Source: an uncultured Gammaproteobacteria bacterium
Lineage (GTDB): Bacteria > Pseudomonadota > Gammaproteobacteria > UBA9214
Direction of reading: 5' to 3'
NCBI GenBank assembly: GCA_963748215.1
Contig: CAVVHS010000008.1
Location: 128,001-192,000 of the forward strand
Length of the DNA: 64,000 bases
Of this stretch, positions 31,071-44,456 are shown in pieces; positions within the stretch are counted from its first letter, which is position 1; each line of letters starts with the position of its first letter. The notes beneath the pieces were generated by a model, which worked only from the letters and a program-made list of their open reading frames with translations, searched no databases and was not told the DNA's origin. The position numbers and the translations under genes are program-made.

Positions 31071-32260
31071 ACACGCCTGCCTTCTCCATCGCGCGCCTGC
31101 CGCGCATCGAATTCGGTGCCGGCGCATTCGCCCGGACGCCCGACATCGTGGCACGCTTCGGCAGCCGCGTGATGCTGGTCACCGGTTCGCATTCCTTCCC
31201 GTCCACGCCACAGTGGGGCGAACTTATCGCCACCTTCGAGGCACGCAATGTCACCTGGCACCACGTCAGCATCGACGGCGAACCTTCGCCCCGGCTGATC
31301 GATGACGTCGTGTCGGAATACCGCGACACCGGCATCGACGTAGTGCTGGGCGTGGGCGGCGGCAGCGCACTGGATGCCGCCAAGGCCATCGCCGGCCTGC
31401 TGCGCGTGCAGCGCAGCGTCATGGACTACCTCGAGGGGGTCGGGCCGGAACTGCCCTATGGCGGACCGGCCGTGCCACTGATCGCCGCGCCCACGACCGC
31501 CGGTACCGGCAGCGAAGCCACCAAGAATGCCGTGCTGAGCCTGCAGGGTCGGGACGGTTTCAAGAAATCCTTTCGCGACGATCGGCTGGTGGCCGAGTAC
31601 GCCGTGGTCGATCCCGACCTGCTGGCGAGCTGCCCGCCGCGCGTCATCGCCGCCAATGGCATGGACGCGCTGACACAGTTGCTGGAATCCTTCGTCTCGT
31701 TGCGGGCCAATGCCTTCACCGATGCGCTTGCCACCAGTGGCCTGGAGGCCGTGCGCGACGGCCTGCTGCCCTGGTACGAAAGCGGTGCCGACGACAGGCC
31801 GGTGGCACGCTCGCGCATGGCCTACGCCGCCCTGCTGTCCGGGATCACGCTGGCGCAGTGCGGGCTGGGCTCGGTACATGGCCTGGCCTCACCGCTGGGC
31901 GCGTTCTACCCGATCCCGCACGGCGTGGTCTGCGGCACGCTGGTCGCGACCTGCACCGCGGTCAACATCGATGCACTGCAGGCGCGCGCTCCGGACAGCG
32001 TCGCACTCGACAGGTACGCCGAGGCCGCCGGCATCCTCTGCGGCCAGTCATTCAGCAGCCGCGCGGCCGCCTGGCGGGCGTTGGTCAACCTGCTCGCGGA
32101 ATGGACAGCACGCCTGGAACTGCCGCGCCTGGGCGATTATGGACTCGCTGAGAACGGCCTCGACCACGTCGTCGCGCATTCGCGCGGCAGCAGCATGAAG
32201 ACGAATCCGGTTTTGCTGACCGACGACGAAATCAGGACCTGCCTCCAGGAGCGGCTGTAA
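31067..32260 (+). CDS. Iron-containing alcohol dehydrogenase
   Basis: GGGSALDAAKA, PTTAGTGSEAT, GMDALTQ, GLGSVHG, IPHG. Confidence 0.93.
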   Translation: MNTPAFSIARLPRIEFGAGAFARTPDIVARFGSRVMLVTGSHSFPSTPQWGELIATFEARNVTWHHVSIDGEPSPRLIDDVVSEYRDTGIDVVLGVGGGSALDAAKAIAGLLRVQRSVMDYLEGVGPELPYGGPAVPLIAAPTTAGTGSEATKNAVLSLQGRDGFKKSFRDDRLVAEYAVVDPDLLASCPPRVIAANGMDALTQLLESFVSLRANAFTDALATSGLEAVRDGLLPWYESGADDRPVARSRMAYAALLSGITLAQCGLGSVHGLASPLGAFYPIPHGVVCGTLVATCTAVNIDALQARAPDSVALDRYAEAAGILCGQSFSSRAAAWRALVNLLAEWTARLELPRLGDYGLAENGLDHVVAHSRGSSMKTNPVLLTDDEIRTCLQERL

Positions 32261-32513
32261 ACGGGTTTATTCCGACCCGCCATGGGCATACGAAGCCATT
32301 ACCCGATTTTCGTGGCATTTAGACGCCACAGCACGACATTTCCTGGAAATTGCCAACGCATGCAGCACAAGCGATTGCCCGACGCGAGCAAAATTCATAC
32401 CGGTATTCCATTTTTGCCCGATTTTTCTGTATAAATATAAATAGATCCCCTGAAATGCCACACACGACGGGCAACCCGGGCAGGATCTGATCCACCCCCA
32501 CACGGAGCAGCTG

Positions 32514-34715
32514 GTGAAGGTTGTCTATGTCATTGCCTGGCTAACCATATTTGCCTTCCTTGGCTGGAGCGGCAATCTGCTGATGAGAATTCAGACCTAC
32601 TGGGCCGAAACGAATAATCTGCATTCCCAGCAGAAGGATCTCGGCACACTGACCACCGCACTGCAGAATCTGAACCGCCCCGGCAACGACGTGCTGGAAC
32701 ACTATCATGTGACATTCAACCAGGCGCAATTCGAGAACTATTCTCGCCAGTTCCAGACAGCGCTCGACGCGGTCATGAAATGGGCGCCGGGCGAGAAGAC
32801 ACTGGATCCACTGATCACAAGCCTGCATGAGGAGCAGACCAGCATGTCGGCGCGTTCCCTGGAAATCTTCGCGCTCGCCGGGGAGCGCGAGGCATTGCGT
32901 ATGGCTGGAGCGAGCCAGGATTCAATCAGGGAAAAGGAAACCCTGGCGGCGACCAACATGGCACGAATGGATCAGGCCTTCCAGAACGGGTTGCAAATCC
33001 TGCTCCTGGCCAAGGAATACGTGGTCGAGCAGGAACTGGAGATGGAATTACTGCAGCGCGACAACTTCAAAGAACTCTACATCATGCTGTTTGTCGCCCT
33101 GGTAGCATCAGGGCTTAGCGTGGAGCTGATACGACGTACCATCCGCCAGCGGGAAGCGCTCAGAGACAGCTCGACACGCATCAATGCGATTATGAATAAC
33201 GTGGTCGACGGTATCATCACCGTTGATGAAAAGGGTAGAGTCGAGTCATCCAATCCTGCAGCCGATTCCATGTTCGGATACAGGAAGAATGCACTTGTCG
33301 GATTGCCCTTCATAAACCTGCTTGAGCCGGCGTGTCAAAAGAGATACTTGGAACAGGTGAATGGCTACAAGGGCACGGCAGTGACGCCATTCACCCTTGT
33401 TGACTGCGAACAACCTGGAAAACGCAAGGACGACTCCTGCTTTCCGATGGATCTCGCGGTAAGTCAGGTGACAGTGCAGGGGCGGCGCCTGCTGATTCAT
33501 ATCGTGCGGGATATCACTGTACGCAGACGCGCAGAAGACAGTATGCGCCAGGCAGCAAGCGTGTTCGAGAATATCAATGAGGGCATTATTGTTACGGATG
33601 CGAACGGTACCATCCAGTCAGTCAATCCTGCATTTACCCAAATCACCCAGTACAGCAAGGAGGAGGCTGTAGGGAAGAATCCGCGCCTGCTGCAATCAGG
33701 CATTCAGGATAAGGCGTTCTACAAGGATATGTGGGCATCGATTCTTGAATCCGGCACCTGGCAAGGCGAGGTATGGAACCGGCGCAAGAACGGTGAAACC
33801 TATCCAGAGTGGCTTACCATCAACACCATCAAGGACGAACGGGGCCGCACAATAAACTATCTTGGTGTAACCTGGGACATTACGGAGCTGAAGGCATCCG
33901 AACGCATGATGGAAGAGTTTATTGCCACTGTCAGTCATGAATTGCGCACACCCTTGACCTCGGTACTCGGCTCCCTGGGACTGCTGATCCAGGGTGACGG
34001 CGGCCCGATACCGGACAAGGCGAACAAGCTTGTCCACATGGCATACAGCAACAGCGGTCGCCTGGTAAGGCTGGTCAGCGATATTCTCGACTTCGAGAAG
34101 ATGTCAGCCGGCAAGATGAAGTTCCAGCTCAAGGTGCAGAAATTACTGCCCCTGATACAGCAAACCATCAATAGTAACAGCGCAATCTCCGTACAGTCAG
34201 GGGTCACTATCGAGCTGGTGAAATCGACACATAATGTACTGGTGACATGTGACGCAGAACGGCTGATGCAGGCGGTAACGAATCTCCTGTCAAACGCCAT
34301 CAAATTCTCCACACCGGGTGATCGGGTCGAAGTCGCGGTCACCCGTCAGCAACAGAATATAAGGATCGCGGTTACCGATCACGGGCCGGGCATACCGGAG
34401 CATGCTCACGCGGAAATCTTCAAGAAGTTCACCCAGCTGGATGCGCCCAACCAGCAGCACAAGAGCGGAATCGGCCTGGGTCTGAGTATTGCGAAGCTCA
34501 TCACTCAGAAGCACGATGGGAACATTTATGTTGAATCCCGGCCCGGCGTACACACGACCTTCAGCATCGAGCTGCCTGAATTCCGGAATACTTCCGACAG
34601 CAGCAGGTCCACCTTGAAAGCCGGGCTGTTCCCAGTCATGCAGACAGTTGATACAGAGATGTATGATGCAGGCGGGGAAACAGGAAATCCCCCAATAAGC
34701 ATACCGAGGCATTAA
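32514..34715 (+). CDS. Membrane sensor histidine kinase with two PAS domains
   Basis: 2 TMs, two PAS/PAC, VSHELRTPL, NLLSNAIKF, DHGPGI, GIGLGL. Confidence 0.93.
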   Translation: MKVVYVIAWLTIFAFLGWSGNLLMRIQTYWAETNNLHSQQKDLGTLTTALQNLNRPGNDVLEHYHVTFNQAQFENYSRQFQTALDAVMKWAPGEKTLDPLITSLHEEQTSMSARSLEIFALAGEREALRMAGASQDSIREKETLAATNMARMDQAFQNGLQILLLAKEYVVEQELEMELLQRDNFKELYIMLFVALVASGLSVELIRRTIRQREALRDSSTRINAIMNNVVDGIITVDEKGRVESSNPAADSMFGYRKNALVGLPFINLLEPACQKRYLEQVNGYKGTAVTPFTLVDCEQPGKRKDDSCFPMDLAVSQVTVQGRRLLIHIVRDITVRRRAEDSMRQAASVFENINEGIIVTDANGTIQSVNPAFTQITQYSKEEAVGKNPRLLQSGIQDKAFYKDMWASILESGTWQGEVWNRRKNGETYPEWLTINTIKDERGRTINYLGVTWDITELKASERMMEEFIATVSHELRTPLTSVLGSLGLLIQGDGGPIPDKANKLVHMAYSNSGRLVRLVSDILDFEKMSAGKMKFQLKVQKLLPLIQQTINSNSAISVQSGVTIELVKSTHNVLVTCDAERLMQAVTNLLSNAIKFSTPGDRVEVAVTRQQQNIRIAVTDHGPGIPEHAHAEIFKKFTQLDAPNQQHKSGIGLGLSIAKLITQKHDGNIYVESRPGVHTTFSIELPEFRNTSDSSRSTLKAGLFPVMQTVDTEMYDAGGETGNPPISIPRH

Positions 34716-34790
34716 TCCGGGGATCCCGGCGACGACACCTTAACAACCCCGCGGGGACAGAGCGATTCGACCCTGCCGTGCAGGTCCTAT

Positions 34791-35486
34791 ATGCCAAATA
34801 CCGTTACGGAAAAAACGATGAAAGTCCTGGTCATAGAAGATGATGCAGATATCAGCAATATGCTGACCTATTACTTCGATGCAAAGGGCCATGAGGTCAT
34901 GAATGCACACGACGGACTGGATGCACTCAGACAGTTCAAGGACCAGAATCCAGACCTGATCCTGCTGGATATCATGCTGCCCAAACTGGATGGCTGGGCA
35001 GTACTTGAGGCCGTGCGTGCACAAAGCAAGGTGCCGGTAATCCTGCTAACCGCGCTGGGTGATACAGAGGATGTCGTGAAGGGCCTGTCACTCGGGGCCG
35101 ATGACTATTTACGTAAACCGTTCGAGATTCGGGAACTCGAGGCACGCATCATCAGCATAGCTCGACGCCTGGAACAGCCCCCACCAGACCTGATCAAATG
35201 CGGCAATATAACCATCAATGACCGCTCCAAGACCGTGACAATCGATAACAAGGAAGTATCGCTGTCGCCCAAGGAATATGATTTACTGAAACTACTGGCA
35301 AGCGACCCGGGCCGGGTATTTACCAACGCCGAAATCGTCGACCACATCTGGGAAGGCCACGACCGCGCAACCAGCATAGACGTCAAGCAGTGTATATACC
35401 ACCTGCGCAACCGGATTGAACACGAACCACAATCACCACAACTGATTCAGAACGTAAAGGGTTTTGGCTACAAGCTCGTTACCTGA
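34791..35486 (+). CDS. OmpR-family response regulator
   Basis: VIEDD, LLDIMLP, GADDYL.KPF, winged helix LSPKEY...VKGFGY. Confidence 0.95.
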   Translation: MPNTVTEKTMKVLVIEDDADISNMLTYYFDAKGHEVMNAHDGLDALRQFKDQNPDLILLDIMLPKLDGWAVLEAVRAQSKVPVILLTALGDTEDVVKGLSLGADDYLRKPFEIRELEARIISIARRLEQPPPDLIKCGNITINDRSKTVTIDNKEVSLSPKEYDLLKLLASDPGRVFTNAEIVDHIWEGHDRATSIDVKQCIYHLRNRIEHEPQSPQLIQNVKGFGYKLVT

Positions 35487-35936
35487 CATCCAGCACAGAT
35501 GCCGTGCACCCTCGCCGCCAGTCAAATACCTGTCTTCTACTCGCAGGCTACCTTTTTTCTACTTTTCAACCATGTAACGCTGATCATTAATTTTGTAGTG
35601 TGAAAGTCGAACGCTAGAGTGATTTACGAGCACCACACGCTTTGACACAAACCATGCTGCAATGAGAGATAACAGAAGATCGTATTGCCGCGTGGCGACT
35701 GATGTTTTGACACGACATGGCGACTCATACAATCAAGCAAGCTTATTCGAGCCGACTCCTGCAAAGAGATACACCGTCTGCCCGGGGTCAGTGGCACCTG
35801 GCGAGTATGGTAAGCATCATTGGCACAGGTTGCAGGCGCGAATTCCGCGAGTAGCAAGCCGCTGCGATTTAAAGGAGTGCATCACGTACGTGGGCGCGTA
35901 ACGACGCCGATCCTAACAACAATAGAGTACCCGGCA

Positions 35937-36122
35937 TTGAATAACATACGCGAAAGAAGAATCCAGGCAAAAGATCGACGCCGGTACAAACGGAATAGAT
36001 GGCCTTTTGTCGGCTTAAACTACAGAAATCGGGTTCCAGGCAAGGATAACCGCGGGATTCCGGACAGGCGAATAAACAACATACAGGCAGAATGGATAGA
36101 CGAGATGGTCATTGATACCTGA
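35937..36122 (+). CDS. Small Arg-rich protein with repeated (E/D)RR motifs
   Basis: ERRIQAKDRR...DNRGIPDRRINNIQAEW; start (TTG) uncertain. Confidence 0.45.
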   Translation: MNNIRERRIQAKDRRRYKRNRWPFVGLNYRNRVPGKDNRGIPDRRINNIQAEWIDEMVIDT

Positions 36123-36222
36123 TCTTGCATAGCGCGTTTTCCGTGGTGTCACTCACTCCCCAATGTTTGACGCCATAACTTGGACCAGGCGAAATCAGCT
36201 GAATAGTCTGAATCTGAGTCCT

Positions 36223-36250
36223 CCCCCCGTCTATGACGGGGGTTTTTTTT
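36223..36250 (+). terminator. Rho-independent terminator
   Basis: cccccgtc-tat-gacggggg followed by T8. Confidence 0.9.
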
Positions 36251-36424
36251 GATAAACGGGCGGGAGCAGAATCAATTGAACAGATGCTTGTCCGGAGCAG
36301 CAATGGTGTCTGACATCCGACGCGGCGACAAACGCAGTCTTTCCTTGCTCAGGGCATCGCAAATCGAACATTTCCGGTGCCACCGCTGTCATGCCATCGA
36401 ATCGTAACGGCGGGCAAGTCCCGA

Positions 36425-37102
36425 CTAGTCCACGCGCCGGGCGAACCAGATGATGTAGCGCGCACCTTTTGATCCGTGTGCGCGGACACGCACCTCGTCC
36501 ACCTCGAAGCCCACCTTGCGCAGTCGTTGCTGAAAGGCCGGGTCCGGGCCGGCCGACCAAACGGCCAGCACACCCTGCGGACAAAGCGTCGCATACGCCG
36601 CGTTCAGCCCGTCCTCGCCGTAAAGCCAGTCGTTCTCCTTGCGCGTGAGCCCCTCTGGGCCGTTATCCACGTCCAGCAGGATGGCATCGAAGGCCTGCCG
36701 GCCGTACGCCAGGAGGCGGGCAATATCCCCCGCATGCACGCTTACCCGCGGATCCCGCAGCGGATGTCCGGCACCCTCCCCCAGCGGCCCGCCGTTCCAT
36801 TCCACCACGGCCGGCACCAGTTCAGCCACCACCACCTCGGCCTGGTCACCGACGTGGCGCAGCGCCGCGGCCAGGGTAAAGCCCATACCCAGCCCGCCGA
36901 TGAGCAGGCGCGGTTTCAGGTTGTCCCCGAGCCGGGCGCAGGCCAGTTCGGCCAGCGCATCTTCAGAGCCGTGGGCACGGCTGTTCATCAGCTCGCCACG
37001 ACCCGCGATCCTGATCGAGAATTCGTCGCCACGCTGGTACAGGTGCAGCTCTCCGCCATCGCCGGGCACCTGTGCGCTGTCGAGCAGGTTCCAGGGCGTC
37101 AT
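36425..37102 (-). CDS. Spermidine-synthase-like SAM-dependent methyltransferase fold protein
   Basis: ELMNSR.HGSE, LIGGLGMGFT, ILLDVDNGP. Confidence 0.85.
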   Translation of the reverse strand: MTPWNLLDSAQVPGDGGELHLYQRGDEFSIRIAGRGELMNSRAHGSEDALAELACARLGDNLKPRLLIGGLGMGFTLAAALRHVGDQAEVVVAELVPAVVEWNGGPLGEGAGHPLRDPRVSVHAGDIARLLAYGRQAFDAILLDVDNGPEGLTRKENDWLYGEDGLNAAYATLCPQGVLAVWSAGPDPAFQQRLRKVGFEVDEVRVRAHGSKGARYIIWFARRVD

Positions 37103-37255
37103 GCGCAAACCGTTCCCGGGCGAGCGGCTCGCGGCCGGCAAGGTGAAAGGTATGCCTTAGGTTGCAAGGTGCGCTCCGCTGTCATGTCCGCGAGCGGATC
37201 GCCGGATCGGGGTTCGTTCATTCCACCTCGCGCCTTGCCGATGCACCCCATCCGA

Positions 37256-37540
37256 TCACGAACGCGGCGGCACCGGACCCTTGCCGGCAGCATCGTCCAC
37301 GTGCTTCTCGGCCTTTTTCACGCGAATCCTGTTGCCGCCGATGTCCTGTGCATTCAGCGCCTTGATGGCCACCCTGGCCTCGCCCGCACGGGGCATTTCG
37401 ACGAAGCCAAAGCCCTTGGATTTCCCCGTCGCCTTGTCCATCACCAGCGTGCAGGACTGTACGGCCCCGTACGTCTCGAACAGGGCCAGCAACTCGGCTT
37501 CCGTTGTCTCACGGGACAGGTTGCGCACCAGAATTTTCAT
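37256..37540 (-). CDS. RRM RNA-binding protein
   Basis: MKILVRNL, RNP1 KGFGFVEM. Confidence 0.92.
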   Translation of the reverse strand: MKILVRNLSRETTEAELLALFETYGAVQSCTLVMDKATGKSKGFGFVEMPRAGEARVAIKALNAQDIGGNRIRVKKAEKHVDDAAGKGPVPPRS

Positions 37541-37766
37541 AATTGCACCGGATAGATGTTCACGCGGGTAAATGACCCGTCTTCGCATGGGACCGTCGCC
37601 ACCCGGAAAACAGGGTTGGCCTGCGGCGGCCTGGCCCACCAGGCGGAAAGTGTATCCCTGTTTGACCGGCCCCGCTGCAGTTTCGTCTGGCGCGGGATCG
37701 GCAGCGGCGGCTGTTTTCCCGTTGCCAGCACATGGCACGTCAATTCCGCAGATGCAGCAACAGCAG

Positions 37767-39602
<1,836 letters not shown>

Positions 39603-40638
39603 CGCGCCCATTGTACCCGATGGGCCGCGGCTGGATGGGGTGGCCGGTCGGTTGACGGATCAGCGATGACTGTCTCCACTCCTCCGCCCATGGCGGGAAT
39701 TGATGTAAGCAGTTGAATTCAGGGTGACTACCGGCGGGCCTGAAGCACCGGACCGGCACCATGGGCGGCACTGGCGGGCTTCATCTATCTGTTTTTATTG
39801 GCTAATTGAGGAACGTCGCTGCCTGAATCGCAGGACATCGCACAACGGCTCCGCGCCGAAACCCATAACGCCCCGTGTCATAACGTATTACCCCCCTTTT
39901 GCACGGGTGGCGTGATCGCCTCGAACCGCAAACCTCGATACCTCGATTCGACGTTGTGTTCTGCTGCCGATTGCGGCGTTTCCATCACATTCACAGCCAG
40001 TTCCCCGGCAAAGTTGCATCCGCAAAGCCCATTTGTAAGCATGGCGCTGTCTACGGGACCGGGTGCAGTCCATACTCTCGACTCCTGCGTCCGTGGTGAC
40101 GGTGTAACCGGATGCCCTGCTCAAGGACCACGCCGGTTGCCGGAGCAGAATGTTTCGCGCTTGTACCGGGGCCGGGACGAGGCGGCGCCGGAGGTGGAAA
40201 CGGAGGGCTTCATCACCCCCAGCGTGCTGCTGAGGAATGGCAAGCATCGTCCGGCGGCACTCAACAGTGAAGCTGACTCAGTGACCGGCGGGCAACATGG
40301 ACATTATTCTGACTACGTGTTTGCTTGCCGGAAATGCAGGATTGCACGCATAGCCGGGACGGCAAGGAAGCCGGCCAGGTGAAAGGCGCGGTGTTACGAA
40401 GCAGGCAGCAGCGATCCGGCAAGAGGACGGGATATTTTACCCGCGCCACGGCGTCCGCCATGTCATCCCGGGGCGTGCACTGATGCCTGGCCTGTGAAGG
40501 TGTCGAAAGACGGACGCATGCCGGTCATGGCATCTTGTAGGCGAATAGTGTTCGGTGTTGATGAGCGTTCATGGAAATTCCCGGTGCACAGAGATACAGC
40601 TTGCAGGACATGCTCGAAAGATCAGGCCTAAAGGTTTC

Positions 40639-43150
40639 ATGATGAACTGGATCGACTGGACCCGGAGCCGCCTGCGTGGACGACCGGATAGCGAGCATGA
40701 GCAGGCGCTCATCCGCGTTGTCATCATGAGCCTGATCTTTCTCTATTTTTCAACCACGGAACTGGATCAGGTCACCCTGCTTGCCGGCAGCTATCTGGCC
40801 GTGTCAGCCGTTCTGTTCACCTGGATCCTGATTTCGCCGGCAATGAATGTGACCCGGCGGGTGCTGGGAATGGTCGGCGATATGGCAGGGGCCTCCTTCG
40901 GCCTGGCCCTGGCGGGCGATGCGGGTTCCCCGCTGGTCGCCCTTTACCTCTGGGTCATCGTCGGCAACGGGTTTCGCTATGGCGTGAACTATCTTGCGTT
41001 ATCCACGCTATTTGCCGTGGCTGGCTTTACTGCTGTCCTGGTGCTGGATCCATTCTGGTCAAGGCACTTCTGGTTCGGCTCCGGTTTGCTGATCACCCTG
41101 ACGCTGGTGCCGCTGTACATGGCCGGTTTGATTCGGAAACTGCATCGGGCGATCAAGGTGGCGGAGGAAGCCAGCCATACCAAATCACGGTTTCTGGCCA
41201 AAATGAGTCATGAACTTCGCACACCTCTCAACGGCATTATCGGCATGAGCGATTTGCTCACAACCACATCGCTCGACAAGGAACAGCAGGAATATGTCGG
41301 AGCCATTCAGACATCGGGGCATATCCTGCTGACATTGATCGAGGATATTCTCGATATTTCGAAAATTGAAGCCGGCAAGCTTGTCACCGAAACAGAGCCG
41401 TTTGACTTGCACGCGTTAGTGAACAACACCGTCAAGACATTTGCTTTCCAGGCCCGGGAAAAGGGTCTTTATCTGAATTGCCACATCGATCCTGCGACAC
41501 CCTTCCGCTTGCAGGGCGACGAATTGCATTTGCGACAGATTTTGATGAATTTGCTGAGTAATGCCATCAAGTTTACCGGGCAGGGCGGTGTCAATATCAT
41601 GGTTCACAGCCTTGAAAAGGCACCGGATGAGCGTGAGTGGATCCGTTTCAAGGTGACTGATACCGGCATCGGCCTTTCGGAAGAGGCCCAGCAGCAGATC
41701 TTCGAGAGTTTTGTCCAGGCCGATGCCTCGGTTACCCGCAAGTATGGCGGCACAGGTCTTGGAACAGCGATTTCCAGGGAATTGGCTACGCTGATGGGGG
41801 GCCGCATCGGCCTGGAAAGCGAGGAAGGCAAGGGAACGACGTTCTGGTTTGAACTGCCCTTTGAACGCCAGCCCGGTGCCAGCAAAGAGGAGCTTGCCCC
41901 TTCCTCTTTTTCCGATATGCGTGTGCTTGTGTTGCTGAGCGATGCTGTCATCCCGGAAGTGGGAAAGGCCCTGGAAAGATGGGGGGTGCAATTCGAAACC
42001 GTCGCGGGAACAGCGCAGCTGTTCTCCCGGCTCGTCGCCGCCAGTGAACGCTCCAGGCCTTTCAGCACCGTGATTGTCGAGAAAGAATTATTGAGCATGG
42101 GTCCCGCACAGCTTGCAGACTCCATCAAAGAGGAGACCATGCTTGCCGATGTGTCGTTGATTCTCGTCGAGTCAAGGCTTGATTCGGAGGACATGAAATC
42201 CCTGATGATGACGGGCTACTCTGCGGTACTGTATATACCGGTCAATGAATCTCTGCTGTTTAATGCGGTGCATGAGGCTTGCGCCGAACATTCGCCTGTG
42301 CCGGGCGTGGCCTCGATGGCCGACTACTTCAGGAAAAGAGATGCAGCCCGGGGCGCGCGCGTACTCGTGGCGGAAGATAACGAGGTGAACCAGACCGTGC
42401 TCAGGGCCATTCTGGAGCATGCCGGGCATCAGGTGCATATCGCAGGTGATGGCGAAGAGGCGCTGGATGTACTGACCGAAAGAGACACGGATTTTGATAT
42501 TGTGATTCTGGATATGAATATGCCGAAAATTTCCGGCCTGGATGTGCTCAAGGCCTATCACTTTATGGACACCGAAATGAATATGCCAGTGATCATGCTC
42601 TCGGCGAATGCCCTTCCGGAAACCATCGGGGAATGCCGGCAGGCCGGGGCCAATGATTATCTGACGAAGCCGGTTGATGCCAGGAGCCTGATTGAGGCCA
42701 TCGACAGGCTCACCCGGCCGGTGAGGGCGCATGACAGCGGCGTGGCTGATATCCAGCCGTTTCCGGCCGCAAAGGAAATCGCCAGGCCAGCATGGCGTTG
42801 TATTGATCCGGAATCGCTCGACAATCTGAAGAAGCTCTCGCCCAGGCCTGATTTTGTCCAGAGAGTGCTAAAGCAGTTCATGCATGACGGGGAAAAACAT
42901 CTTGCCGCACTGCAGGATGCCTCATCGTCCAATGATCAGGAAGCCTTCCTGGAAATTGTGCATGCATTCAAGGGAAGCGCGGCGACTCTAGGGGCAAGCT
43001 CGGTCGCCCGACAGTGTGTCGAGGCGGAAAACAAACAGCCGCAGGAACTGGATCGCGCAAGCATGAACGACTATGTTGCGCAGGTTGTCAGCGGTGTTTC
43101 ATGGCAGCTGCAAGGAACTGGAAGCATACCTGGAGCAAACCCGGCAGTAA
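40639..43150 (+). CDS. rpfC: RpfC-like hybrid sensor kinase (5 TM, HisKA, HATPase, pseudo-REC, REC, HPt); one extra base near 43090
   Basis: RPDSEHEQA, GNGFRYG, MSHELRTPLNG, YGGTGLG, ILDMNMP, VHAFKGSA; removing one base gives HPt end VVAVFHGSCKELEAYLEQTRQ* at 43150. Confidence 0.88.
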
Positions 43151-43538
43151 TTGTATCCGCTGTTTTGCAGGATCTCCTGGCGGGTGACAACAAGGCAGGC
43201 TTACCGCTGGACAGTTGCAAAGCGCCCTCGCTGGCCCGTAATCCAGCTGTCCTGCCGAATTACGGGCTGCCTACCTGGCCACCAAACCGGAATCCCGAAG
43301 CGTCTTCCATGGCCCGGAATCCTGTCAGACGTATGCTGTATGAACTGTGCGACGGGAAATACGCCCGACTTCCTCCGTGTGCTCCTTGTTTTGACATTAC
43401 ATGTACCTCGCAAAAGGGCAGGACAGCCGGACGCGCATAGGCGCGGCCAAGGGGCACGAATCATGCCAGGCCCGGCTCAATCCCGCAGACGCTTGGCCAT
43501 TTCCGCCACCCCGCCCTTTTGCAACTACACCCGTTATA

Positions 43539-44456
43539 TCAAATGGCCGTCCGCCTGCTCGCTGCAATTTCCTTGTGTCCGACAGGCTGCTGGCTGCGTT
43601 GTGATTTTGCGGATTGTCTTGCAACAAGGCGTTCCATCATGCGCAAGCTCTTGTCCTCAAGGCGCAATGCAGCGTCGACCCAGGCAGTGGTGATGCTCTT
43701 CAGTTCTTCGTAGGTCACCGGGTTGCAATACTGCCTGGCCCTGCGGAAAGCCCGAAAACCATTCTGGGCTCTCTCTTCCCGATGGATGTAGTCGAGGACG
43801 GCCTGTTCTCCCTGCCCGTCCTCGGCCAGCACATCGACAATGCCCATCTCATGCAATTCCCCGGCAGAATAGAGGCATCCGCCAAGAATCATCCGTTCCG
43901 CCTGGACTGCGCCGACCTTCCGTGAAAGGAAACTGTAGGCGCCCATACCGGGAAAGAGATTAAACAGAATTTCCGGCATACCCATTTTTGCACTGCGTTC
44001 GGCTACGAGCACATCCGCTGAAATGGCATATTCCATACCGCCACCCAGGGCATCACCCTGAACCAGGGTAATGGTTGTAATGTCCTTGCCAAGATGGGTG
44101 TAATGCTGAAACAGTGTATCGATGCATGAGATGGCATAGTGCATCAGGCCATCCCTGTCGCCGTTACGGATAAGTCCGATGAAGCGATTCAGGTCTCCCC
44201 CGAGATTGAACACACCCGGAACCCTGGATGCCAGCGCAATATAGCGCACATCGTCAGGGTATGATGGGCTGCTCAGCTCGTCATACCATTGCTGCATTTC
44301 GCTGATTAACGTCGGCGTGCAGCAAGGCAGCGGCTTGGCATCCATGTAATACCAGGCAAGCCGGTACTCTTCGTCGTACTGGATTTCCAGCTCCGTGTAT
44401 ACGTTGCGATGCATGTCGGGGTGCAATTGCTGGACTGCTTGTGGCAAGAGTTTCAT
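43539..44456 (-). CDS. rpfF: RpfF-type DSF synthase (crotonase fold)
   Basis: FNLGGDL, LVQGDALGGG.E, G.PEILFNLFPGMGAYS; convergent with rpfC. Confidence 0.9.
   Translation of the reverse strand: MKLLPQAVQQLHPDMHRNVYTELEIQYDEEYRLAWYYMDAKPLPCCTPTLISEMQQWYDELSSPSYPDDVRYIALASRVPGVFNLGGDLNRFIGLIRNGDRDGLMHYAISCIDTLFQHYTHLGKDITTITLVQGDALGGGMEYAISADVLVAERSAKMGMPEILFNLFPGMGAYSFLSRKVGAVQAERMILGGCLYSAGELHEMGIVDVLAEDGQGEQAVLDYIHREERAQNGFRAFRRARQYCNPVTYEELKSITTAWVDAALRLEDKSLRMMERLVARQSAKSQRSQQPVGHKEIAASRRTAI

Noticed and set aside
35820-35834. TGGCAC...TTGCA as a sigma54 promoter
   Set aside because: Spacing is 2 nt short of the obligatory GG-N10-GC
39912-40382. ORF upstream of rpfC as rpfG or a GGDEF remnant
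   Set aside because: No HD-GYP or REC motifs; only a faint PDALLK-like patch, too weak to call
43093-43440. C-terminal 115 aa of the 961-aa RpfC ORF as an extra domain
   Set aside because: Out-of-frame read-through after a one-base insertion; the HPt helix ends at TAA 43150 in the other frame
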